From the NCBI GenBank assembly GCA_023144035.1, contig JAGLGM010000003.1, positions 15,876-79,875 on the forward strand: a DNA stretch of 64,000 bases, in the 5' to 3' direction. Of this stretch, positions 1 to 9,050 are shown in pieces. Numbering within the stretch: position 1 is the first letter of the stretch; each line of letters begins with the position of its first letter. The stretch comes from Candidatus Pacearchaeota archaeon. Its GTDB lineage: Archaea; Nanobdellota; Nanobdellia; Pacearchaeales; GW2011-AR1. The position numbers and the translations under genes are program-made. A model generated the notes under the pieces. The model was not told the origin of the DNA and ran no database searches. It saw only the letters and a program-made list of their open reading frames with translations.

Positions 1-613
1 ATGAAACTTTTACAGAATCTTTATTTTCTTCAAAATGTCCAAATAACTTTTCGTAAAGTTCTTTTATTTTATCTTTAATACTAAAATTCTTTTTTGGAAG
101 TGAAATTCCTACTTCTCTAAGTGCATTTTTATTTATAATTTCTTTCTTAATTCTTCTATTTTCTGTCACAATTGCTTTATTTAATGCTTCCATTAATTCT
201 TGAAGTGTGACTTTTTTAACTCTTGACATAGGGGTTTTAGGAACTAAAATGGGGATTTCTTCATCTAATTCAATTCTTTCTAAAACATGTTTTTTTTGTT
301 CTTTTGCACCAAACAAGATTTCATCTATGCTCTTCAAATGTTTGTTTAAAAGAATTTCTGACTTAATTCTTAATAAAAGTGCAGCTGCTAATAATACTTT
401 ACTAGATACAAAAAAATCTGCTTCTTCTAAATTTTGTATTTTTTCTAAATATCTTTCTGTTAAAATAGTAATATTTATGTTCCAAGGGTCTAATTGTTCT
501 GTATTTATGAGATCATAGATTATTTCTTGCCAACCTATTTCTCTATTAAATAATAAATCATGAACTTGGTCTTGTTTTATACTATTTTTTGAAGGATCAA
601 CCTCTTTTTCCAT
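1..613 (-). CDS. scpA: Segregation and condensation protein A (ScpA kleisin), N-terminal part; gene runs off the window start
   Basis: Minus-strand frame from ATG (complement of 611-613) reads MEKEVDPSKNSIKQDQVHDLLFNREIGWQEIIYDLINTEQLDPWNINITILTERYLEKIQNLEEADFFVSSKVLLAAALLLRIKSEIL..., the ScpA N-terminal motif (LDPW-I-I). Absent from the ORF track only because no stop lies inside the window. Confidence 0.6.
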   Translation of the reverse strand, partial: MEKEVDPSKNSIKQDQVHDLLFNREIGWQEIIYDLINTEQLDPWNINITILTERYLEKIQNLEEADFFVSSKVLLAAALLLRIKSEILLNKHLKSIDEILFGAKEQKKHVLERIELDEEIPILVPKTPMSRVKKVTLQELMEALNKAIVTENRRIKKEIINKNALREVGISLPKKNFSIKDKIKELYEKLFGHFEENKDSVKVS

Positions 614-645
614 TTAATATATAGAATTTTAGATTTTATAAATAT

Positions 646-682
646 GTGTAGTGGATAAAGATTAAAGATGTAGTGGATAAAT
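646..682. repeat. Two direct copies of tgtagtggataaa spaced about 22 bp, in the scpA upstream spacer
   Basis: gtgtagtggataaag at 646-660 and atgtagtggataaat at 668-682. Confidence 0.3.
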
Positions 683-859
683 AGATAACTGATGTGTTTT
701 AAAAGGAGTTACCTGCATTACTACTTTGGGTTAAGTACTGCCTGTCATTCTATAAGGGTAACATGATAGAAAGGTTTAAATAGTTCATGAGACTCTATTT
801 TATATCACCTCTTTTTGCCCAGGAGACGCTTCAGATCAGCTTTTTGTCGATTTGAAGAT

Positions 860-874
860 TCTCCCAGGGTTATA
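860..874. repeat. attL-like 15-bp direct repeat
   Basis: Exact match to 9051-9065. Confidence 0.55.
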
Positions 875-905
875 TGTTTTACTTTAAAACTCTATGAATA
901 TAATA

Positions 906-1145
906 TTATTTTTCGTTATTTTTTAACGTAATTAACCTCCTTCTAATTGTATGTTTTTGACCAAATAAATCGAATGTATACTCTTTTTTAACATCATCTG
1001 GAAACGCCTTTTCTAATTTTGCTTGAATCCATTTACCTAATGGTGCAATTAACTTATTTCTAAAATCTTCTAAATCTACATCTTTAAAATCTTTATCGGA
1101 TAAAAATTCAATTTCAATTCTATATGCTTTTGTTTTATTTTTCAT
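906..1145 (-). CDS. Hypothetical small protein, possible partner of the upstream RHH protein; start at 1145 (MKNKTKAYRIEIEF...) or 1163
   Basis: ORF track 906..1163. The internal ATG at 1145 overlaps the TGA of the upstream small ORF as ATGA (translational coupling). Confidence 0.45.
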   Translation of the reverse strand: MKNKTKAYRIEIEFLSDKDFKDVDLEDFRNKLIAPLGKWIQAKLEKAFPDDVKKEYTFDLFGQKHTIRRRLITLKNNEK

Positions 1146-1279
1146 TTTTGTTTCTTCTTCCAAAAATCTATTAATCTTACAACAACATCATCATATGTTT
1201 CTCTTCTAGATTGTTTCAACTTATCTAATTTTATTTTAGTTTTCTCTTCTAAACCGACTAACTTAAGTGGTTTTTTCAT
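1142..1279 (-). CDS. Ribbon-helix-helix (CopG/Arc-like) small DNA-binding protein, 45 aa
   Basis: Hand translation MKKPLKLVGLEEKTKIKLDKLKQSRRETYDDVVVRLIDFWKKKQK* gives a beta-strand then two helices typical of RHH. Below the ORF-track size cutoff. Confidence 0.4.
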   Translation of the reverse strand: MKKPLKLVGLEEKTKIKLDKLKQSRRETYDDVVVRLIDFWKKKQK

Positions 1280-1320
1280 ATATTTTAATAGATTTTAATG
1301 TATTTAAATCTTTATATGAT

Positions 1321-1468
1321 ATAGAATGTGTGTTTTTCCGTCGCTGTTATATAAAATAGATTATATATAATTTATTATAAGAGTGTTTATATACGATAAA
1401 ACATTAAAATATATATAAGTCAAAAAAATAAGATAACTAAATGTCCATTTTGCGACGCTGTTTATAAT
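1321..1468. promoter_or_regulatory. Iteron-like repeated motif cg(t/a)cgctgtt(t)ata(t)aaat upstream of the Rep operon; possible origin or operator
   Basis: tttccgtcgctgttatataaaat (about 1326-1348) and ttttgcgacgctgtttataataaat (about 1447-1471) in an AT-rich spacer. Confidence 0.3.
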
Positions 1469-1540
1469 AAATTGAAAGACTTCTGATAGATAATAAATAC
1501 CTTTGATATTTTACAGAATTGAAAAAGGAGGTAAAAGAAG

Positions 1541-1747
1541 ATGGACATAAAACAAATAAAAAAATATGAAAATAAAAAAGTAAGAGTATTTCTTAATACT
1601 AACGATTATACTTATATTCTTGATAGTTTACAAATTATTGACGATGAAGTAGAAGGATTTGATATTAAAAATAGGAAGATAACATTATCTCCTGAAATAA
1701 TTATAGGGATTATTCCATTATCGGGAATAAGCGATGGTCAACACTGA
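1541..1747 (+). CDS. Hypothetical protein (element)
   Basis: ORF track. Overlaps Rep start by 14 nt. N-terminus (KQIKKY) echoes the N-terminus of the next ORF (EQIKKY). Confidence 0.4.
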   Translation: MDIKQIKKYENKKVRVFLNTNDYTYILDSLQIIDDEVEGFDIKNRKITLSPEIIIGIIPLSGISDGQH

Positions 1748-3320
1748 ACAAATTAAAAAGTATGGATCTCTTAATGAAATTGAAAGAGTTATTTATAAAA
1801 TACAGGAAAGAGGATATGAAGATTCTAATAAAAAAGAACATGAGTGGGATTTCTTTAGTGATGCTGGATTAAATGACGAAGTAATATTTGATAAATTTTC
1901 TATTAGTTCAAATATTACTGATAATGAAAGAAAAACATTTTTCAATCTTAAACAAGAAGACCAATATAAATTTATAGATAATGCTCGACAATGTTTTTGT
2001 GAAAAAAATGGAAAATATAGTGAATATTTATTAATGAAACAAAGAGAAGAATTAGAAAAAAATAATTTAATTGTTCCTGAAGAAATAAAAAATATTGAGG
2101 AATTTATACAAAATAATTCAGTTAGTAAATTGAAAAGGATGAAAGATAAAATTTTAATTGATATATCTAATATAGATGATGAAGTTACACAAACTTATTT
2201 TATTAGAATGTTAGCTGAAAAGACAAAATTAGTATATAAATCATTATATAAAAAAATAATTGAATTAAAAGATGAATATAAAGTGAGAGTTACAACATCT
2301 GTATCTGATTTATTAGGTATGAATGTTCCAGAAGTAGATTATTATATTGAAAATTTAATTCCAAAAGGATGTTTAATTTTATTCGGTGGAAAACCAGGAC
2401 AAGCTAAAAGTTTAACAACTCAGCATATGTTTTTGAGTTTATTTACAGATAGTTATTTAGATAAGTTTAAAGTAAATAATAACAATAACAATATAAAATT
2501 ATTAGTATATGATTTAGAAAATAATTTAGAACATGTTTTAGCGCCAAGACTTCAATATATTGCTAAAGGTTTAGGATTAACACAAGACGATTTAAAAGAT
2601 AAATTTGATGTTTATGCTGATTTTAATAAGAATAATATGAAATTTGAACTAGAAAGAACTAAAGATTTTGATATAATTATCTTTGATAGTTATAAGAGAT
2701 TTTTAAGAGGAACTGAAAATGATTCTACAGTAACAGATAAATTTTATCAAGAATTCTTGAAACCTTTAACAGATGCAGGAAAAACAATAGTAATAATTCA
2801 TCATTTTAAGAAATCTAATATGGAAGACTTAAGTGAAGAGTTTTTATTAGATTTGTTTCGTGGTTCATCAGATATTGCTTCACAAATTGATTTAGGTTTT
2901 GGAGTATTTAGAACTCCAGAAATTATTAGTGATGATTGTAAAACTACTAGATTTGAAACTTTTATTACTAAAATTAAAAATCGGAGAGGTTTGCCTGTTA
3001 AATCTTTTACATATAAAGTATTAAAAGATGATAATGAAAAGAAAACTACATTTGAATTTGGTGAATTTGGACATATTACATCACCAAAAGAAAGAAATAA
3101 GATATTAATTTGTAAGTTTATTGAAAGTAAAAATGATAAAGTTCCAAGACAGAATATAATTGATTATATGAAAAATGAAACTAATGGTCAGTTATCAGAT
3201 ATATCTGTCATTAATTATTTAAAGGAATTAGTTTCGGAACAGATATTAAGTCAACCGAACCATGGATTTTACAAGTCAAAACAATTTCAGAACATAGAGT
3301 TGGAAGAGGTAAAGAAGTAG
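1734..3320 (+). CDS. RecA-like P-loop NTPase, replication-associated (DnaB/RepA-like helicase of mobile elements)
   Basis: Walker A GGKPGQAKS, Walker B IIIFDSY; element context. Confidence 0.6.
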   Translation: MVNTEQIKKYGSLNEIERVIYKIQERGYEDSNKKEHEWDFFSDAGLNDEVIFDKFSISSNITDNERKTFFNLKQEDQYKFIDNARQCFCEKNGKYSEYLLMKQREELEKNNLIVPEEIKNIEEFIQNNSVSKLKRMKDKILIDISNIDDEVTQTYFIRMLAEKTKLVYKSLYKKIIELKDEYKVRVTTSVSDLLGMNVPEVDYYIENLIPKGCLILFGGKPGQAKSLTTQHMFLSLFTDSYLDKFKVNNNNNNIKLLVYDLENNLEHVLAPRLQYIAKGLGLTQDDLKDKFDVYADFNKNNMKFELERTKDFDIIIFDSYKRFLRGTENDSTVTDKFYQEFLKPLTDAGKTIVIIHHFKKSNMEDLSEEFLLDLFRGSSDIASQIDLGFGVFRTPEIISDDCKTTRFETFITKIKNRRGLPVKSFTYKVLKDDNEKKTTFEFGEFGHITSPKERNKILICKFIESKNDKVPRQNIIDYMKNETNGQLSDISVINYLKELVSEQILSQPNHGFYKSKQFQNIELEEVKK

Positions 3321-3535
3321 TATAATATGTCTATATTATATATATTTATTATTTTATTTATATTTTATATATAATTAGAATCAAACATATAGAGAATCTA
3401 TATAATATAGGCAATGTGTTGGCGCAAAAAACAATCTAATAGGTGGTTAAAACGCAGAAATTCAACTAAAAACTAAAAATATATTTTAATATATTTATAT
3501 AAATAAAAAGGGAATAGAGTATTTAAATTTTTAAA

Positions 3536-3772
3536 ATGGAAGAAAAAAAGAAAATATCGACAACATTCGCGAGAATTGGAAGTATGGGTAAATCAAAAAT
3601 AATTACAATCCCAAAATCTATAAAAGATATGAATGCAGGGGACGAAGTTTTAATTATCAAAATGAATATGGAATTAATTGACTATCTTAAAAAATTAGTT
3701 GAAAAAGATTTTGTCAAACATAATATAAAACTTGAGTGGATTGATTATTTAAGGCGAAAAAGATTTAGTTAA
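3536..3772 (+). CDS. AbrB/SpoVT/MazE-type swapped-hairpin DNA-binding protein
   Basis: RIGSMGKSKIITIPKSIKDMNAGDEVLI motif. Confidence 0.5.
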   Translation: MEEKKKISTTFARIGSMGKSKIITIPKSIKDMNAGDEVLIIKMNMELIDYLKKLVEKDFVKHNIKLEWIDYLRRKRFS

Positions 3773-4329
3773 TACCCAACAGCTTCCACACCATATTCGG
3801 CTTGCTCTCTTGTAAACCCCCCATATTCTAATTGTTCAATTAATCCCTCTCGTGAAAATGGCATAATATCTAAATAAGATTGAGCCGTTAATGTAGCTTG
3901 TTCATTCCAATCAGCCCCACAATTATCTACTCCATATAATGCTTGTTCATGAGTGTATCCCTCATATTCTAATTGTTCAATTAATCCATTATAAGAGAAA
4001 GACATAACGTTCAGATAAGATAATGCACTGTCCAATGCATTCTTTTCACCTATTGTTGTTTCATCAGATTCTTTTACAGCTGGTGTTGTTGTTTGTGTTG
4101 GTGTTGTTGTTTGAGTATTTGAATTATCTGTTGATACAAGATTTTCTGAATTATAATTATCTGAAATTGTATTGGTCTCTTGGGTTTCCTCTTCAAAAGT
4201 CTTCACAACATTAGCAGTTTGAGAAAATGAATCAGATATAACATTGACTACACCCAAAAACATGAAACCTACAATTACCCAAAACCACCATTTTTGATAG
4301 AAGGTTTTATCCTTTTTTTGTTTTTCCAT
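3769..4329 (-). CDS. Ltp-family (prophage superinfection-exclusion lipoprotein-like) membrane protein with two Ltp repeats
   Basis: N-terminal TM helix, Thr/Pro-rich linker (TQTTTPTQTTTP), then two repeats: SALSYLNVMSFSYNGLIEQLEYEGYTHEQALYGVDNCGADWNEQA and AQSYLDIMPFSREGLIEQLEYGGFTREQAEYGVEA. Confidence 0.6.
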   Translation of the reverse strand: MEKQKKDKTFYQKWWFWVIVGFMFLGVVNVISDSFSQTANVVKTFEEETQETNTISDNYNSENLVSTDNSNTQTTTPTQTTTPAVKESDETTIGEKNALDSALSYLNVMSFSYNGLIEQLEYEGYTHEQALYGVDNCGADWNEQATLTAQSYLDIMPFSREGLIEQLEYGGFTREQAEYGVEAVGY

Positions 4330-4330
4330 T

Positions 4331-4882
4331 TTAATAATAATTTACCTCAATTTCATCTTCTCCATATCCTGTAATAATGCAATCAGATATTTTTTTATCA
4401 GATTCTTTAATATAAATTTCTATAATGGCTTTAGTTAATTCATAATCTTCTAATCCATTTTCATTTACTTCAACATCTTCTACTTTTTCCCCTTCTTCAT
4501 CTTTTACTGTAAATTCCATTTCATTCCATTCTTCAACTAAATTGTTAAAATCTTCTGACGCAGTATCATTAAAACCTAATGAAGCCACCCCACACATTAT
4601 CTCAGTCATTAATTCAGTCGCATCTCCAAAAAAATCATTATAAATTATTTCTTCTTCAAAATAAAGTCTCATATCCAGTGAAACTTCTTTTGTTAATGAA
4701 TTTTTAGTAAGGATCACTGTACTATTTTCATCCGAGTATTCTATAATTTCTATGTTAGATTTATTTGATTGTTTATTAAACAAGAAAAAAGATAAAACTA
4801 TAATCAAAATAATAACTGCAACTCCTCCTATGATTAAACTTTTATTTTTTATATTTAATTTAGATGTCATTAATTGCCCCAA
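4331..4882 (-). CDS. Membrane-anchored hypothetical protein (N-terminal TM, acidic C-terminal domain)
   Basis: ORF track; hydrophobic segment IIGGVAVIILIIVLSFFLF. Confidence 0.45.
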   Translation of the reverse strand: MGQLMTSKLNIKNKSLIIGGVAVIILIIVLSFFLFNKQSNKSNIEIIEYSDENSTVILTKNSLTKEVSLDMRLYFEEEIIYNDFFGDATELMTEIMCGVASLGFNDTASEDFNNLVEEWNEMEFTVKDEEGEKVEDVEVNENGLEDYELTKAIIEIYIKESDKKISDCIITGYGEDEIEVNYY

Positions 4883-5631
4883 TTCTTAATCAAACCTTTA
4901 GGAAGATTTTCAATAAAAGTAACAATTTTATCAACAATAGATTCGAGCCAAGAAGTTCTATTTTCTAATTCTACATTTTGTTCTTCTAATTCTTCAACTT
5001 TTTGTTCAAGTTCAGCAACTCTTAATTCTAATTCGTTTGGTTGTGGAGGTTCTTCAGATTCTTCTTGTTCTGTGCAAATTATAAAATTATCATAATCCAT
5101 ATGACCTATTCCATTATGACCAAAAACTGTACCAATATAAACTTCATGTTCAACATTATTATTTATTGTATGTGTAGTTACTTCATTAAATGTGATTTGT
5201 CCTTCTCCAAATTCTATTTTATTATGATATTTTTCAAAAGGACGACAAACTCCATCCCAACATCCTCCTAATCCAAATCGGTATTGATTATCCACTAAGA
5301 ACATATTCACTGAATTTCCTTCTGCATAAATAAAATTAATATCATATTCCAACATATCTCCTGCTTTGAATTTATATTTTGGGACTAAATATGTTCTATG
5401 GTCTCCGAGAATTGAATCCTGTCTTGTATGAAAATTTTCTAAATCAGCATCTAATCCAGAATCAGCTATAAATGGTTGTCCTTCATAATCTTTCCTAATT
5501 TCCCATTTACTTGTATCTAAAGTATCAGATGAAAAATCATCATAAACTTCACAAACTTGCACAGCACTAATTAAACTAATCAATAAAATTGGTAGAATTA
5601 AAGTTAATACAATTTTGCTCTGTTTTCTCAT
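4870..5631 (-). CDS. Secreted hypothetical protein with signal peptide and C-terminal coiled coil
   Basis: N-terminal signal KIVLTLILPILLISLISA; heptad-like ELELRVAELEQKVEELEEQNVELENR. Confidence 0.45.
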   Translation of the reverse strand: MRKQSKIVLTLILPILLISLISAVQVCEVYDDFSSDTLDTSKWEIRKDYEGQPFIADSGLDADLENFHTRQDSILGDHRTYLVPKYKFKAGDMLEYDINFIYAEGNSVNMFLVDNQYRFGLGGCWDGVCRPFEKYHNKIEFGEGQITFNEVTTHTINNNVEHEVYIGTVFGHNGIGHMDYDNFIICTEQEESEEPPQPNELELRVAELEQKVEELEEQNVELENRTSWLESIVDKIVTFIENLPKGLIKNWGN

Positions 5632-5703
5632 GTATTTATATTTTATTTAGATTATTTAAATCTTTTTATCTGTTACGCTTCTGTCACTCTTTCTTTTTAA
5701 GAA

Positions 5704-5943
5704 TTGTTACGCTATTGTTTCATGAAAAAAGAGTTAAAATTGGAGATATTCTTAAAGAAAAGTGAATTAAGAAGAAATGTTTGGAAACAATTAGATAAAT
5801 CAAAAACTGCTTCTGAAATTTCTAACGAAGTAGATAAGCATAGAAGTGCTGTAAGCAGAGTTCTTTTAGACATGCAAAAAGCAGGATTTGTGAAATGTAT
5901 TAATCCAGAAGATAAGAGTTTCAGGTGTTATGTGAAGAGATAG
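5704..5943 (+). CDS. Winged-helix transcription regulator (ArsR/MarR-like); start may be the internal MKKELK
   Basis: TASEISNEVDKHRSAVSRVLLDMQKAGFV HTH. Confidence 0.5.
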   Translation: MLRYCFMKKELKLEIFLKKSELRRNVWKQLDKSKTASEISNEVDKHRSAVSRVLLDMQKAGFVKCINPEDKSFRCYVKR

Positions 5944-6135
5944 AAAAATTACAAATAATAGAGCTTTTATTTTGTTATAATTTTCCCTCTATAAAAACAC
6001 CAAAAAACAGGCAAATACTTGATATAACGAGAGAAAAAGAGGTTACCTATACTATTTATCAACTAAGAGAAGTTGTTATGTTTTTAGAGTTGTTATATAA
6101 TTATAAAAATTGTACTTTAATAGTTATTTTAGAAA

Positions 6136-6495
6136 ATGGCAAATGAAACTAAGGCAATTAAAAATATAAAAGTAACAAAAAGGGAATGGAATAATGTTGG
6201 AAACCTTATTGATTTCTTAAAATTTAGATATAAAAAGGAAGATGATTTTGTTAAATGGTTAATAGGAATCGCTTTAGTATTTTTATTTTCTTCTAGTGTG
6301 ACAAATGTTCTAGAGAGTCAAACAGATTGGATTAGAACCACTGGAGTTGTTATTTTTATTGCTTCTATAGTATTTATTGTTCTATTACTTATTATTCAAC
6401 ATTATATTGATAAAGCTCAAATAGAAGTTATGAAATATCTCTACAAACAAAAAGATAAAAAGAAAAAGGTAAAAGGAAAAACTAAGAAGAAATAG
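6136..6495 (+). CDS. Small membrane protein with Lys-rich tail
   Basis: Two hydrophobic helices, KKKKVKGKTKKK tail. Confidence 0.4.
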   Translation: MANETKAIKNIKVTKREWNNVGNLIDFLKFRYKKEDDFVKWLIGIALVFLFSSSVTNVLESQTDWIRTTGVVIFIASIVFIVLLLIIQHYIDKAQIEVMKYLYKQKDKKKKVKGKTKKK

Positions 6496-6709
6496 AAAAT
6501 TAATGACCTATTGGGCCCCTGAATATTTCTTTAAACATTAATATCAAAAAAGTTAATAATATTGCCGAAAAAATTATCTCAAACCATTTTCTCTTTATAA
6601 ATTTTAAAAACTTATTCATAAAGATTCTACGAATTTATTATATTTAAATATGGGCGTTTCTAAAAAGAAAAGTATAAAATTGTTGGATTCTTAATTATCT
6701 TGATTAAAA

Positions 6710-7726
6710 ATGCCTAGTTTTGAAGAAATATTTGGATTAGCAACATATTTGAAAGAAATAGAAAATTTAAAAATTAATTTAAGAGTTAATTTTAATGGAG
6801 TATTATTAACTGCTTTGTATTTTAAAAATAAGTCTGAAGAAAAAGAAAGAAAAGATAAATTTTTTAATAGAAATAAAGAGATAATTGAAGAAATAAATAA
6901 AGAGATAAATAAATTTAATTTAAAATTAAAGGAAAAATACAAGTTTTTGCCTCTAAAGTCTCTTGAAATAATTAATCTTGAATATATTAAAAAAATAATT
7001 TATGAACATCAAGGAAAAGATTCAACTTCAAGAAAATACACTCTTCTCCAACTAAATAATTGTTTATTAGATTTTGAAAATTCGATTAAGAATTTTCTTG
7101 ACTCCTTTGAAATCCAATTGATACCATTTAAAGGGAGAGACGTTACAGATTTTCTTAATGAAGAAAATGGAATAATGGTAAAAGAAGCTTTTGATATTTA
7201 TAGTATTGGATATTTCGGAACTGCTGTTTTCTTAATGGGAAAATGTCTTGAAAAAAACATCACAGATTTTCTTAAAAAGAATGTTAATAAAAATAAAATA
7301 AAATATCCTTTAAATGAAATTGAGAAATGTACTTTCCATCAAAAAATAAACATCTTAAAAAATGAAACTTTTATTTCTGAATCAGATTATTCTAAGATTA
7401 TGTCTATCAAATGGGAGAGAAATATTGCAGTTCATCCTTCTAAAAAAGAAGAAATAGAAAAATTGATGGCAGATTCTAGTGGGACAATAACTCTCTGTAT
7501 TAATCAGATTATTAATTTCCAAAAGAAAATAGAAGAAGTGAAAAGTGAGGCTGAAATCCAAGAAGAAAAAGCAAGAGAATTGCTTGGGGGAACGTCGGGA
7601 GGAGGAATTCCAATATTATATGGAAAAACTCCAGAAGAAAATTTAGAATTGCTTAAAAGCTATGGTGGGAAAAGAATAGAAGAAATGAGGGAAAAATTAA
7701 GAAAAGAAATTGAAGAAACAAAATAA
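6710..7726 (+). CDS. Hypothetical protein with HEPN-like Rx4H motif (possible RNase / abortive-infection-type)
   Basis: KWERNIAVHP (R-x4-H) in the C-terminal half; coiled-coil-rich; adjacent to integrase. Confidence 0.4.
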   Translation: MPSFEEIFGLATYLKEIENLKINLRVNFNGVLLTALYFKNKSEEKERKDKFFNRNKEIIEEINKEINKFNLKLKEKYKFLPLKSLEIINLEYIKKIIYEHQGKDSTSRKYTLLQLNNCLLDFENSIKNFLDSFEIQLIPFKGRDVTDFLNEENGIMVKEAFDIYSIGYFGTAVFLMGKCLEKNITDFLKKNVNKNKIKYPLNEIEKCTFHQKINILKNETFISESDYSKIMSIKWERNIAVHPSKKEEIEKLMADSSGTITLCINQIINFQKKIEEVKSEAEIQEEKARELLGGTSGGGIPILYGKTPEENLELLKSYGGKRIEEMREKLRKEIEETK

Positions 7727-7739
7727 AAAATAAATTTGT

Positions 7740-8900
7740 TTATACCCCTAACTGACTTTCAATACTCTCTAAGATTTCACCTTCTTCTGTGATTTCAAAG
7801 ACTTCTGGATTTTCCTTCATTCTTCTATGTAATTTTTCATTAAACTTTATAATATCTCTTATTTTTTCTTCAAACCTTTTCTCCATATCTTCCATCTTGA
7901 TTTCTAACTCATGCTTTTTTTCTTCCGAGATTTCTTCAACATGATACACTTGTGATAAAACTGCATCACGCATATCATCATTATCTATATGAGTGTATCT
8001 TGCACCAATATTTGAATTTGGTGAATGTCCTGAAAACTTTTTTGCTAATGGGTTCGAAATTGTCTTATACATTTGAGTTAACTTTGTATGTCTAAATAGA
8101 TAAGGAAATATCGGTTTAGTTATTCCTGCTTTCTTTCCAAGTTCTTTAAAATACATAGACATGCCTGAACTACTAACTGGCTTACTTCTATTTCTTGGAG
8201 TCGGAAAGATAAAATCATTGTCTGAAACATTGGGAAAAGGAAACTCTTGTTTATATCTCTTCAAATGAATTATAGATTCATTCAAAGGAATTGTTCTTCC
8301 TCTACTTGTTTTAGAACTAAATAAAGACATTTCTTTACTTTCAAGATTTATAGAACTCCATTTTGCTGTTCTAACTTCTTCTGTTCTTGCCCCAGTTTCA
8401 GAAAGTAGACTAATTAATGCCTTATATCTTAGTTTTTCGGCTGTTCTAATTAATAATTCAAGCTCTTCAGCAGTAACTAAACTATTTTTGTTTATTTTTC
8501 TGTCTATCTCTTCTCTCTTTTTCTTAATATCTATTAGTTCTTTAAATCTTGATGACCAATCGTCATAATGAAACTTCAAAAACCTCTTTAGAACCTTCTT
8601 AATATCGTTTTGAGTAGGCACAGATATTGAAGAATTGTTAAGAATTACTAAAAATTCTCTCAAATCTTTTAATTCCAGATTGTAAAGAGATTTTTCCATA
8701 ACATCATAAATTTGATACATTTTCCTTTCAATCATATCAAGAGCGTGTGAACAAGCTGACATGCCACAATAATCTACAAAAGATTCTATAGTTTCTTTAT
8801 CTTTATCAGACATAGATTTACCAATTGTCTCTTTCAGAGTTATAATCTTACCATTAACTCTTCTCTTTTTTAAGTTATAATTTGGAAATTCTTTTTTCAT
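7740..8900 (-). CDS. Tyrosine recombinase / phage-type integrase
   Basis: LLSETGARTEEV (Arg box I), FRHT (box II), GHSPNSNIGARYTHI (catalytic Tyr region). Confidence 0.8.
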   Translation of the reverse strand: MKKEFPNYNLKKRRVNGKIITLKETIGKSMSDKDKETIESFVDYCGMSACSHALDMIERKMYQIYDVMEKSLYNLELKDLREFLVILNNSSISVPTQNDIKKVLKRFLKFHYDDWSSRFKELIDIKKKREEIDRKINKNSLVTAEELELLIRTAEKLRYKALISLLSETGARTEEVRTAKWSSINLESKEMSLFSSKTSRGRTIPLNESIIHLKRYKQEFPFPNVSDNDFIFPTPRNRSKPVSSSGMSMYFKELGKKAGITKPIFPYLFRHTKLTQMYKTISNPLAKKFSGHSPNSNIGARYTHIDNDDMRDAVLSQVYHVEEISEEKKHELEIKMEDMEKRFEEKIRDIIKFNEKLHRRMKENPEVFEITEEGEILESIESQLGV

Positions 8901-9050
8901 TTTATCCTCATTGTTTATTAAAATTTTGAAAAATATTTATTATAAATAAAACGATTTTTTCGTTTAAAAATACATTTAAAATACTTTATAAATAATCTAT
9001 TATATATAATAAATTATAATTCATAGAGTTTTTTAAGTAAATCTTAATAA

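Noticed and set aside
207-518. 103-aa + strand ORF in the ORF track
   Set aside because: Lies antisense within the scpA coding region; low-complexity composition; ScpA motif on the minus strand explains the region.
700-860. tRNA expected at the integrase att site
   Set aside because: Looked for acceptor and T-arm pairing (GTTC-A-ATCC-type motifs) in 700-860 and 9066-9178 and found none; integration appears intergenic.
4023-5271. ORFs 4023..4214, 4874..5095 and 5041..5271 on the + strand
   Set aside because: Antisense to the Ltp-like and secreted-protein genes; Cys/Ser/Phe-rich junk composition.
6691-6942. 83-aa minus-strand ORF
   Set aside because: Overlaps the start of the 338-aa + strand gene; Leu/Ser/Phe-rich antisense artefact.
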